Assembly (NCBI RefSeq): GCF_000315625.1 | Contig: NW_005434639.1 | Span: 421,688 to 485,687 of the forward strand | Source of the DNA: Guillardia theta CCMP2712 | Taxonomy: Eukaryota; Protista; Cryptophyta | Reading direction: 5' to 3' | Length of the DNA stretch: 64,000 nucleotides | Shown here: piece after piece, positions 51,275-62,269 of the stretch | How the letters are laid out: each line of letters opens with the position of its first letter | Position numbering within the stretch: position 1 is the first letter of the stretch | Translations under genes and position numbers: made by a program | The notes under the pieces: generated by a model | The model's input: only the letters and a program-made list of their open reading frames with translations | Databases searched by the model: none | What the model was told of the DNA's origin: nothing

Positions 51275-51697
51275 ATGTCGTGTTCAGAAAAACAAAGGGG
51301 GGAAGCAAAAGAGGATAAACGAGAATATAGCAACAGGAAGAATAGAGAACACAAGGAACGAATGAAGGCAGACGGTACAATAAAGAAATATTATGATCAG
51401 ATAAACTCATTGAACAGGGAGAAATATCAAAAGAATGAAGAATTCCACAAGATGATGAATGAAATAGTAAGAAGGAATCAACATAGAAGATATAATGAAG
51501 ACCCAGAATATAGAGAGAAGATCAAGAAGAGGAATCAAGAAAGATATTATATGAAAAAACAAGCTGCATTAACAGCAAAAGCAGGTTTGTGCGAAGGAGA
51601 AGATGATCAAACCTTCCTTTCCGAGTCCATCCATGCTTCTATCGTCGACCTTTGCATTGTCAAGATATGGAAAACATCCATCAATTCTATCCAATGA
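51275..51697 (+). CDS. Small basic K/R/E-rich helical protein
   Basis: ATG 24 bp after the previous stop; DPEYREKIKKRNQERYYMKK. Confidence 0.55.
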   Translation: MSCSEKQRGEAKEDKREYSNRKNREHKERMKADGTIKKYYDQINSLNREKYQKNEEFHKMMNEIVRRNQHRRYNEDPEYREKIKKRNQERYYMKKQAALTAKAGLCEGEDDQTFLSESIHASIVDLCIVKIWKTSINSIQ

Positions 51698-53124
51698 ATT
51701 TGGATAGCCCTCAGGTTGCCTCGACTTTGAACCATATCAGTCCAAGGCCAGACCGTCGTTTGCCGTCATGGGACCTGAAAACCTGGAGGGGAGTAGAGTA
51801 CTTTGCTTGGATGGAAGGCTTCCTTGATTGCAAAGGTAGACCAGATGTCAGCACATTTATGAGCTTTGTTGGAAATGGATATTTGTTTTCACCAGCATCT
51901 GTTGTCGGCAATACCATACAGGGATATTTCAGTCTGTCATGTCAGGTGAATCAGCTACAGTATGAAAAGGAAATGCTTACTAGGGAAAATATGGCGCTGA
52001 AAGAGTTGTTGCCAAACGTAGACAGAATTTTGAACTTGACGTTCGAAGACATTTGGAAAGCCAATTATCCCAATGATAAGTGCCCCATGAATGTCGAAGA
52101 TATCCCCAAGGAGTTCGAGTATCGGAAGGAAAAAATTCTCAAAGACATTTTCTCCGAGGTTGGGTCATTATCTGCTTTGTTGTCAAAAGGTATTCGTCAG
52201 ATGTCTGGGCTTAATGGCTCTAGTCAGGCTGGAAAGGCATTCGGCCATCTTTCCACGTTGAGGCAAAATCCGGATTCATTGTTTCATTTCGAAAATTTTT
52301 TGACAGGATATGCTCACGCAATTGCACCGAATTTGGACAGCCGTTGTGAGAGAAATCGCAAAGTCAAAAAAGCCATCCAGAGCTTGTATGATGCAATAGC
52401 TCCCAACGTGGATGAAGTTGGTCTCTTGACTATGGGTCAACAGCTGACACACAAATCTTTGAAATTCGTTCATGACATGATGAAAAAATGCGGAGTCAAA
52501 ATATTTGGAAGTACATCTTCTATCAGTACTTCGAGAGCCAAGCAGAAGAAGCTTGTGACTGACATGGTGGACGGAATCAATGAACTTCCTGGCGGACATG
52601 GTGCTTCCATTCTCAAATTGCTCGAACTGTTGTTCATGAAGCTTGCGCGAGAAGATCCAAACATGTACCTTGTAGAATCCTTGGTGCTTTCCCTCTGTTT
52701 CGATAGCACGAGATTGGGATCATCAGCTCAGTCAGGTACAGAACAGACAGAGTTTGCAATGAATCTCATAGCTGTGTGGAACAAGGCGGTTGACGTTGCA
52801 AACTCTATGTTTGACCAGGAGACCAGAATGAATTCGCCTGCTTCATATATCTCTTTCTTGTTGTTGTACCTGAAGGACACTATCGAGAATATTGACAAGA
52901 ATCTGTGGAATGTCTATGGTTTTGATTTGAAAAGCATCTTGAAGGATCTGTTTGTCACTTGTGAGAACGGAGAGATCAAGAAAATCAAAGCTGGACTTCA
53001 CTTCTACAAGGACAAAGATGGGGTTTTGAACTGCATTGGGGGACGTGATAGAACAGCCAGTGATCCGAATTCCACACCTGATCTCGTCATTGAAATAAAA
53101 AATATTTGGCCTACCCCACCTTAA
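51652..53124 (+). CDS. Putative DDE transposase (RAG1/Transib-like RNase H core), C-terminally truncated
   Basis: 490-aa intron-less ORF; LVLSLCFDST..TEFAMNLIAV..MNSPASYISFLLLYLKDTIENI resembles the RAG1/Transib first catalytic strand and NS..E motif by eye only. Confidence 0.45.
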   Translation: MHCQDMENIHQFYPMNLDSPQVASTLNHISPRPDRRLPSWDLKTWRGVEYFAWMEGFLDCKGRPDVSTFMSFVGNGYLFSPASVVGNTIQGYFSLSCQVNQLQYEKEMLTRENMALKELLPNVDRILNLTFEDIWKANYPNDKCPMNVEDIPKEFEYRKEKILKDIFSEVGSLSALLSKGIRQMSGLNGSSQAGKAFGHLSTLRQNPDSLFHFENFLTGYAHAIAPNLDSRCERNRKVKKAIQSLYDAIAPNVDEVGLLTMGQQLTHKSLKFVHDMMKKCGVKIFGSTSSISTSRAKQKKLVTDMVDGINELPGGHGASILKLLELLFMKLAREDPNMYLVESLVLSLCFDSTRLGSSAQSGTEQTEFAMNLIAVWNKAVDVANSMFDQETRMNSPASYISFLLLYLKDTIENIDKNLWNVYGFDLKSILKDLFVTCENGEIKKIKAGLHFYKDKDGVLNCIGGRDRTASDPNSTPDLVIEIKNIWPTPP

Positions 53125-53399
53125 GACATATGACATAAAAACAAGGGGTAGTCATCGGCTGTCTTGCCTGAGCGGACGGGTGCCTAGAAGATTCAGAAAC
53201 TTTTTGGTACAAAATTTGTACGAAGGGGTCAGGACCCCTCTGGTACAAAACATGCAACGATTTGGTACAAGTATTTTAAAGCCCGTACAAACAAAATGGT
53301 CTGGTACAATAAATTCCAGAAGGGACTTGGAACGGAATGCAACCTAAACCTGCTAAAAAACCAGCTAAACTGCATCCTAATTCCCTGTTAGCATTGGAA

Positions 53400-55983
53400 C
53401 TGATGCATTCGGGTTGCAGATATATTTCCAATTGGTTGCAGATGTGTATATGCGTGCATGATCACACCACACAAAAAAATGGATTGCACTTTTTGGTGTG
53501 AATGATATAGGTTACTATAGAGTTACAGGTTCACGCACATCCAATTGGTTGCAAATGTATTTCCAATTGGTTCCTGATGCATTCGGGTTGCAGATGTATA
53601 TATGAGTGTATCATCACACGCTTTGCCGCTTTGCTTGCCGGAGGCAACCACACAAAAAACGTATTGCACTTTTTGGTTTTAATATTAGATTTGGGTTGTC
53701 ATAGAGTTACATGTTCACGCACATTCAAAAGAGAGAATCGTTGCACATGTATATATGAGTGTATGATCAAACCACACAAAAAAACGTATTGCACTTATTG
53801 GTGTGAATGATATAGGTTACTATAGAGTTACAGGTTCACGCACATCCAAAAGGTTGCAAATGTCTTTCCAATTGGTTCCTGATGCATTCGGGTTGCAGAT
53901 GTATATATGCGTGTATCATCACACGCTGTGCTTGCCGGAGGCAACCACACAAAAAAGGTTGCACTTATTGGTTTTAATATTTAATGTTAGATTTGAGTTG
54001 TCACAGGTTAACAGAGTCACGCAAATTCAAAAGAGAGAATCGTTGCGGATGCATTCGGGTTGCTGATGTATTTTCAATTGGTTGCAGATGTGTATATGAG
54101 TGTATGATCACACCACACAAAAAAACGTATTACACTTATTGGTGTGAATGATATAGGTTACTATAGAGTTATAGGTTCACGCACATCCAAAAAGTTGCAG
54201 ATACATTCAGGTTGCTGATGTATTTCCAATTGGTTGCACATGTATATATGAGTGTATGATCAAACCACACAAAAAAACGGATTGCACTTATTGGTGTGAA
54301 TGATATAGGTTACTATAGAGTTATAGGTTCACGCACATCCAAAAAGTTGCAGATGTATTTCCAAAAGAGAGAATCGTTGCTTATGTATTCGGGTTGCAGA
54401 TGTATATATGCGTGCATGATCACACCACACAAAAAATGTTGCACTTATTGGTTTTGATAATTAATGTTAAATTTGTGTTGATATAGAGTTACAGGTTCAC
54501 GCACATTCAAAAGAGAGAATCGTTGCAGATGTATTTCCAATAGGTTGATTGGTGGAGCATCACTTATTTAAGCTCGTGATGCCTGAGATAATTAATAGGA
54601 AAACAAATGTATAATATGTTTGTTCAAGCCACTCCGTGGGTACGCTCGTTGATATTTATTGAAATGTTGTGAAAACAAACAGTGATGTGATGCTATAATT
54701 GAAAGGATATATTAATGGTAAGCATTGTAATCAAGTTTAGCAAGTGTAACAGTGATAGGGCCTTGCCCACCGCATTTCATGCAGTAACGCTGTTAAAATG
54801 TGTGGGAAAAGTGTAAAACATGCACGACATAGGTGTATATAGTAAGTATAAAAAAATATGATTTATTTTTGTTTTATTGAATAGTTCTATAAATGAATTA
54901 ATCAAGAATCTCTAAATCAATAAATGTTTTAGGAAGAGGAGCATCAGCGGATTTGATAATATTTGGTGGCATATGGTCATCCAATTGTTTTTTAGGAGGC
55001 ATCTGTTGATGTTTTAGACACTGATATTGAAACAGATTCATTTTTTTAATTAAGGATTCATGCCTGTGTTTAAAGGTATGAATTCTACCATTTGGTATCA
55101 GCATGTGGGTATTGTTGACTTCATTGAAAATTAGCATTGCACTGCAGTGGTTTTCATCGAGGAATTTCAAATATGGACGACTGAAGACTTGTAATCAAGG
55201 GTTTGCGAGTGTAATAGTGAAGCTCAAGTTGCAATGGAACAGATTCGCACTGCGCGCTCATCATAGCATTCGCGTTGCTCATGCTATACCGCCGTTTTAC
55301 ATTGTGTAATTTATGCACCGCAATGCAGCAATGATTTACATTGATATGAAATTAGAAAAATATCTTGTTTATTATTCTTATTCAAATTTTGTTCAATAAA
55401 TATAATTGGGTTATAATATATTTTTCCAATGTTGAATCTTGAATCTTGTTGGTATTCTAGTGTAATAGGAATAACAAGTGTAGCACAAGTTGCAATGGAA
55501 TAGATGAGCACTGCGTGCTCATCATAGCATTCGCTTTGCTCATGCTATACCGCCGTTTTACATTGTGTAATTTATGCACCACACTGCAGCATTAATTTAC
55601 ATTGATATGGCAACAAGATTCAAGATTAATATTTATTGGATATTATTTTAATTGAAATAATATTTATTGCAATGGGTGATTAATATTTATTGAACATAAT
55701 CTTAATAGAAATTTTGTCATTGTGTTTTCAAGTGTTTTAATTTGGATATTATTAGCATTGTACTGCAATAGGAATATATTTAAATTTTAGTAGTGTAATA
55801 GATTTATTGTTGTATTGTACGCAGGAATCATCGTTTTTACGTACAGAGTCACAAGACCCTCTGTTATTTTGATGGTCTTCAGGGTGGTCTTCAGTCGTCC
55901 ATATTTGAAATTCCTCGATGAAAACCACTGCAGTGCAATGCTAATTTTCAATGAAGTCAACAATACCCACATGCTGATACCAT
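53400..55983 (-). repeat. Right terminal inverted repeat arm
   Basis: Reverse complement of 47448-50031. Confidence 0.96.
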
Positions 55984-56029
55984 ATTTGGTTGCAGCGCAG
56001 GTGAGCACCCCTACAGTTTAGCGTAAATC

Positions 56030-59000
56030 AAGGGGTGAAGGTGATCAATCTAAAACCCTTTATATGAAGTTGACATTTTAGGGAGAAGTACCCCGTGGTC
56101 TTCCCAGTTTCTTGGGAGTGATAGGGGTGGGTAGGGGAGAAAGGCGGTGCCGCGCTCAAATTCATGATGCGATCGCCTCTCCTCCTCCTCCTCCTCCTCC
56201 TCCTCCTTGACCCCGCACATGCTTCCAGTCACGAAGAGCCTGTCCACCATCCATCCAGCAAGGGGCTTCACGGCTCCTTCCACATCGCTCCCGATTTCAA
56301 GAAGCTGGCCGACACAATCGCACAAAACATGATGGCGGCGAAGCGAGCTCTCCAGCTCCACAAGCTCCAAGATGCTGGCAAGCTGCAGACAGGCAGCTCT
56401 GTCCGTCAATCTACATCCTGTCCAGACTCTACTCAGGTCATCGCGAACTGCAGCTTAGAGTACTCCAGCATGTACAGCCCAAGTGCCGACATGGCAAGCA
56501 TTTGTCAATCGAGCAGCACCTGCGTCAGTCAGCTGCAGACGCTGTCGAGCAAGTACAAGAGCACAGCCGGATGCTCGACCGACTATCAGGCTCAGAGTGT
56601 CCAGGCCTGGCTGTTACAGATCAAATATGGCTGTGTGAAAGACGGAAGTAAGTACTGCGCGACCACATGGGCGAGCGCTACCGATTTGTCGTACAAGGTG
56701 GTGGACGCGAGCTGGATAAGACGTCGCGGCTGACAATGCTGTCAGGATCTGTGCAGCTCTGCGTGCTTCAGCCAGTACAGGACCATATACCAAGAAGTGT
56801 ACGGGGCCTCTGAAGCCGAGTACCTCAACATGGTGTGCCAGAAGGACTCCAAAGGCAACTACTGCATGGACACGATGACGTCGTCAGAGACAGCAATGTC
56901 CGGCAGCATGATATGCTCTGAGTGCGGCGCGCTGGTACGGCCTGTCGGATCAGGAGGCAGAGAAGCTTGCGGGCTGACAACGTGCGACAGATGATAAAGA
57001 TGTCCCAGTCGTCTGGCGCATCGATCGCTGACAGCAGCGTCGACATCGACACCGTATATGGGGCCATGTGCTCGAAAGGTGATCAGAGCCCGACGTGACC
57101 AAGCGCTATGAGCTGACGTCATGCTCAGACGGCGACTCCTACTGCTTTGACAAATTCATCGCGGCAGCTTTGTCCGCCGCAGCCAGCGGCGGCAGCAGCT
57201 CCGAGACCTGTGACGGGACGAGCTCGACCTGTACCAACGTCTGTAAGGTACGCGCGAGTGCCAGACTGCTCCGGCCGCCTTCCTTCTCAATGAGTGCCGA
57301 AAGTAAACATGCCCTAATGAAACCCAACATTTTTTACGTTGATCTGAAGAATCTAGGACGAGGAGCAGAAAAGAATAATGAAAGAGGCCGAGAACGCGGC
57401 GAAGCTCTGCTCTCAAAGCCTGCCGAAGCCATGTGAGCTCTGACAGGCCGCACGCGGAGCTTGTGACAGCTGACGTCTCGAGGGGCTGCGCAGGCGGGGC
57501 GGGGCCCTCGTTCAACCTCAAGATCGAGATATCGAACCTCAAGCAGAGCTGGTACGCCGCAAACAAGGCCACCGCAGACCCCTTGGTGAGTCGCGTCATG
57601 TCTCGAGAGAGAAGGCGGCGCCATGCCTGATCTTGAGCAGCTCGCCACGGACATGAACTCGGCCTTCGGCACTACAGCTGGGCAGGTGAGAGAGAGCGCA
57701 GAGGCCCCGCCTGCGCGTGCGATGATGTGCGGGGGGATGACGAGAGGCTGGCAGGCGAAGATGGGGACGTCGACGGCAGGAGCAGGCGGCACTTCCATCG
57801 ACGTGAGCATCACCACCGCCAACAAAGATCAGGTAACTTCGCTAGACCCGTAAGCGCTGCTCTGATGACGTCACGGCTAGGGTACTGCGGTAGAGAACAA
57901 CATCAAAAAGTACAAGGCAAGGCGGAGCGGAAGCGTAAGTCAAGGACTGTGTCTCTGACCGAAGGCGCTGACGGATGGCTGGTAGTCCCTTAGCCTGGCC
58001 ACCACGAGCACAAACCTTCCCTCCGACGCCAAGATCGACCCGTCAAAGGGTTTCAGCGTCACGGTCTCGTCCTACGTCAAGGCCTCCTCGGCTGCCTCGC
58101 GATCTCTTGCGTGGTCGGTGCTGTCGGTGGTTGTGCTGAACGTGTTGGTGAGACCTGCGATGCTGGGGCTTGCGAGAACCTGACGATCAAGGGCTGCTGC
58201 AGGTCGTGGGGAGGATGGGTGCTCATTGGTGAGGGATAGGATCCTACTGTGAGGATCCGGACTCGTGGAGTGCTCTTTTGGACAAGAGAAGTGGTAGCCA
58301 TGAGGCATGAAGAGATCGCAGTCGGATGACCGCGTGAAGCTGATGCTTGACGGAGCCTATGTTGCTGACCGTACTCAATGACAACGTAGTCATTAGTCAC
58401 TTGCCACAACACAACACTTACAAAGCTACCTAGAAGAATACTTGATAACATTATACATGATCACGGATCTTTTACACGTTATCCTGGCCCGCGCACAGAC
58501 CGACGGTGCTGCTCGATGAGAGCGTGTTGCCGACTGACCATCTCATTGAAACTAGCACTGAGTGTCTTCAAGGTCGTTTCGCAGGCCACTGGCCTGCAAT
58601 ACTTGATTAAGAGTAAAAACAAACCTTCCAGTCAACAATCAAGGATATTTGAAAACTTGACCAAGGAGATTCCTCAATGGCTGAAGATGATGTTCTCCAG
58701 TCGCTGGTGCGGTTATGGCAGCGGACGGCCTCCCCCTCCTCCCCCTCCTCCCTCCCTCCCCCCTCGTCCTCCTGCCTGCCCTGCGCTCCCGCAAGTCAGC
58801 TTCCTCAGCCCTCCAGTCACTCCTATCAAGCTGCGTTCCTGTCCTCCTGCGCAAGCCTTCCTCATGCGGCGAGGGTAGCCAAGATGAAAGCTACTCAAGA
58901 AGACTTGCTGCGAATGCTGCTGCTGGCCTGCCGGGAAAGGATCGACGGCCTTTGCTCATCCATGAGGATGAGCGAGGAGGAGAAGACGTCACATCCGGAG

Positions 59001-61630
59001 TTACTGAGCAGCGAGGTGTCTGAAGGGCTGCTGCTGAAGCTGGAGGATCTCGAAGCAAGGCTGACGAGGGACATGGAGAGCATGAGATCACTTCTTGCAG
59101 GAGTGGCTGAGTACGAGAACCTTCTCCGAGAGCGGGCGATGCTGGAAACAACCTTCACCGACTCCTCCAGGCTGCTGGATCGCACTTCGAACTCGTACAC
59201 TCTTCGGCGATCGGAGGAGCGGTACAAGGCTCTGGTGCTCAAGATCATACCTGAGAGAAGGAAGGAGCTGCTAGAAGCGATAGAGGAGTGGGAGAGGAGC
59301 AACGGGAAGGCGTTCTTGACGTGGGGACGAAGGTACCTGGACAGCCCAGATGAAGTGATACCAGCGGACGAGGAAGGTGTACGGGGACGAGGAGCAGAGC
59401 AGTCTCAGGTGAAAGAGAGGATAGTCCGCATCCAGCACAATCGTGACAGAGGCCAAGAGCACATCTCCCAAGTGTCACAGTCTATCTCCTTCGTCTCTGC
59501 TGCAGAGCCTTCTATAGAGCCAGACGCTTCTCCAGGTCAACCGCTAGTCTCCTCTCTGCACAGTAGCTCAAGTGCTTGTAGCTCGGCGGTCGAAGAAGCA
59601 AGAGCGTGCTTCAAGCCTGCTGATGGACCGGGTGGAAGCCCTGGAGACCTGGGCAAGAGAGCGGTGCGACAGGGGTGGTGTTCTTGACTGCGTGGACGTC
59701 AGGTCCTGAAGCAGCAAGGAGAGATATCAGCGATGCAGGACCAGGAGAGGCTGATGAGACAAGGTCCGTGATGAGGCTGCTGATTTCTGTGCTAACCCCT
59801 CCTCGCAAGAGCTGGGAGAGTCGGACTCCAAGAGCAGAGACGCGGCTATCCACAAGCTGACAGTGAGGATGAGAAGAATGGAAGGTGGAGTTTCGGGGCG
59901 TCCTCCTGCCCCTGACATCAGCGCAGACATGATGAAGAGATGTCAAGTCGGACAAGACTCGCCCAAGGCAGAGGGTCACACCAATGGTGGGTCTGGCGCT
60001 TGCTGACATGCTGCAGAGAAATCCAAGAGCATGCCTGCGGATGCGTTGGTGCTGAAGAAGGATCATAGCAAACTCCAAGAATCGCTCAAGCTTGCCCAAG
60101 AAAAGATTGTGACGTTGGAGGTTCGGGTCGGGCGCTCGCACCGCCTTGTGACAAGCCGAGCAGGCCAAGCAAGGGAAGCTGATAGAGCAGCTGGCGGAGC
60201 TCTCGCTCAAGCTGCAAGGTGAGTCAGGAGGGAGAGACTCGATGGGATGAGCTGAGGATGAGGTGCAGACAAGAAGTTCGTCCAGCCGTCAGACCTCAAG
60301 TCTGCCTTTCAGAGCTTGTTCCAAGGCTTCACCAACGTCCTCGACCCCTCTCAGCCAAAACGAGCCGGTTCCCCAGCTTTCTCCTTCTCCTGCTCTGCTC
60401 CTGCCCTTGTTTACCTCCTGCTCTGCTCCTGCTCATCCTCCTTCTCGCCTTGTTGGACCCTCAAGTCTCTCTAGGTAACTCGGGTGAGGAGAAGAAGGTT
60501 CGCTTCGCCTACATCGGCGAGCACTTCGCTCACTCGCTACTGAGCGGCTTCAGCGCCATCGAGAAAGTGGAGAAGAAGCATCTTGAGCTCCTGGTCGAGC
60601 TGGAGGAGCAGCGGGAGAGGCACCAGCAGGAGAGGATCGAAATTTCCCGCAAGCTTGCGGACGTCCTGTCGAGATGCGACAACTGCGACACCGTGGCAGA
60701 AGAAGTTAAACTCGACCTGCAGGAGGTCGCTGCTCGCGCAGAGGAAGGGAGGGAGGCAGCTCGGAGCGTGTGCTGTCTGAGCGACGAAGTGATTTCCTGC
60801 CAGCAAGGCTTGGACGAACTCCGCTCGCGCACTGTCATGCTGGAAGAGAGGAGCGGGCAATCTGAGGGGAGCAAGTCAGCACAGAGACAGGGAGATGTTA
60901 AGCAGGAAGGAGGTACAAGAGAGTGCGGAGAAGAAGATGGGGAGGAGGGGAGGAGCGCGTTGGAGGATCTTTCCTCGCGCGTGTCTCTCCTTGAAGCTTC
61001 TCTGGCTGCCTCTGCTCCCTCTCCCTCTCCCTCTATATCCGCTGAGGCCATCAACGCGCTCAGTGAGGAGCTAACAGAGAGGATGGAGGAGTCTGCGGCG
61101 CGACGAGACAGCAGCCTGATGAAGACGCTGGAGGAGGCGATGCTCTCCTGCGTGTCGCGCGACGACGTGCGAGAGAGTCTGCTGCTGTATGCCAGCAAGA
61201 AGGACCTCAAGGCGAGCGAGAGCAGGACCTGGGAGCGCATCGCCAAGGTCGAGGAGGAGGGAGCGCAGACTTCTGCGATGATCAAGCTGGCGAGGAAGGA
61301 GCTGGAGGGGATGAAGAGTAGCTTCCTCCTCTCCTCGCAGGAGCTCGCGGCAAAGCTCTCGAGCCACGAAGAAGACTGTGCCGAGGCGGTAGACGCGCTG
61401 TCAGGCAGCATTGCACAAGTCTCGTCCGAGCTCTTCAAGTTTGCAGCAAGTCAGTCGGAGCTGTTTGTTCGACGCGACGAGCTCGCCAGCATTCGAACCT
61501 TGACGAGCAAGGCGGAGAGTGAAGACAACAGAAGCAGCGAGCTAGAGGAGGAGCGGGAGGGGGAAGAGACACAGCAGCATTCGAGGGAAGAGGAGGCAAA
61601 GAAGGATCAGGAGGGGAAAGGAGAGGGAAA
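56030..61630 (+). repeat. Segmental duplication copy 2
   Basis: Near-identical to 41800-47434. Confidence 0.97.
56164..58232 (+). pseudogene. Secreted Cys-rich gene A copy 2, damaged
   Basis: 57296-57379 replaces the 86 bp (43104-43189 in copy 1) that carry a splice acceptor and the exon start NDLKTVNDIGCCAGSMLAAIPES. Confidence 0.7.
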
Positions 61631-62067
61631 GAGAGAGCAAACAGATGTCAAGAAGAGGGAAGAGAAATGCAGAGAAGGGCTGAAAGGGAGCGACGAGGAT
61701 CAAAGAGGAGAAGAGGAGCTCGAGCACGAGGAGCATGAGCAGCAGCAAACGAGGAAGCAGCACCACGAACAGAACGAGGATACCATGCATGACAGAGAGG
61801 ACGGGGACACGAGAAGTCAGAAGCTTGAGGCAGCGAAGGAGAGGGGGGAGGAGGAGCACAGGGCTAGAGAGGTCACGAGAGAGGGGAGGGAGGAGGGGTC
61901 GCGTGAGAGCGCCATGGAAGCATCTCAAGCGTCGCTGGGCATGAAGAAGAAGGTGCGGCTTGGCGCGCTCTGCTCTGCTTGCTGCTGATAGGTGGACGCA
62001 GTCGCTCAAGCTCAGGCACGAGGAGCGGCTGAGGATGAGAACGATGAACAAGCTGCTGGGAAGGTGA
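58677..62067 (+). CDS. MAP65/Ase1/PRC1-like domain plus long coiled coil, gene B copy 2 (apparently intact)
   Basis: DSSRLLDR..LRRSEERYKALVLKIIPERRKELLEAIEEWERSNGKAFLTWGRRYLD matches the MAP65/PRC1 conserved block; the reading frame continues past the point where copy 1 is truncated. Confidence 0.72.
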
Positions 62068-62269
62068 AGATGGAGGAGGAGGCGGACGGAAAGTTTGTGT
62101 GATTTTGTACATCATCGTATGAACACTTCGTAATGAAACAGAGCCAAGGACGTCGCCACCATCCCCAGCAGCACCCCCAGTGTCGTGCCCACCACAACCT
62201 CTAGCCAGACCCACGTGCCCTCACCCGCCCCCTGCTGGCCCGTCAAGAGGAGCAGGAGGAGGAGGCACG

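Larger units (their letters stand above)
47448..55983. mobile_element. 8.5-kb AT-rich foldback-type element with 2,584-bp terminal inverted repeats and an intron-less ORF core
   Basis: Mirror-paired ORFs all sum to coordinate 103431; abrupt composition change at both ends; no TSD. Confidence 0.88.

Noticed and set aside
47448-55983. Complete Polinton, virophage or PLV
   Set aside because: No protein-primed polymerase B, capsid, packaging ATPase or rve integrase is recognisable, and there is no TSD.
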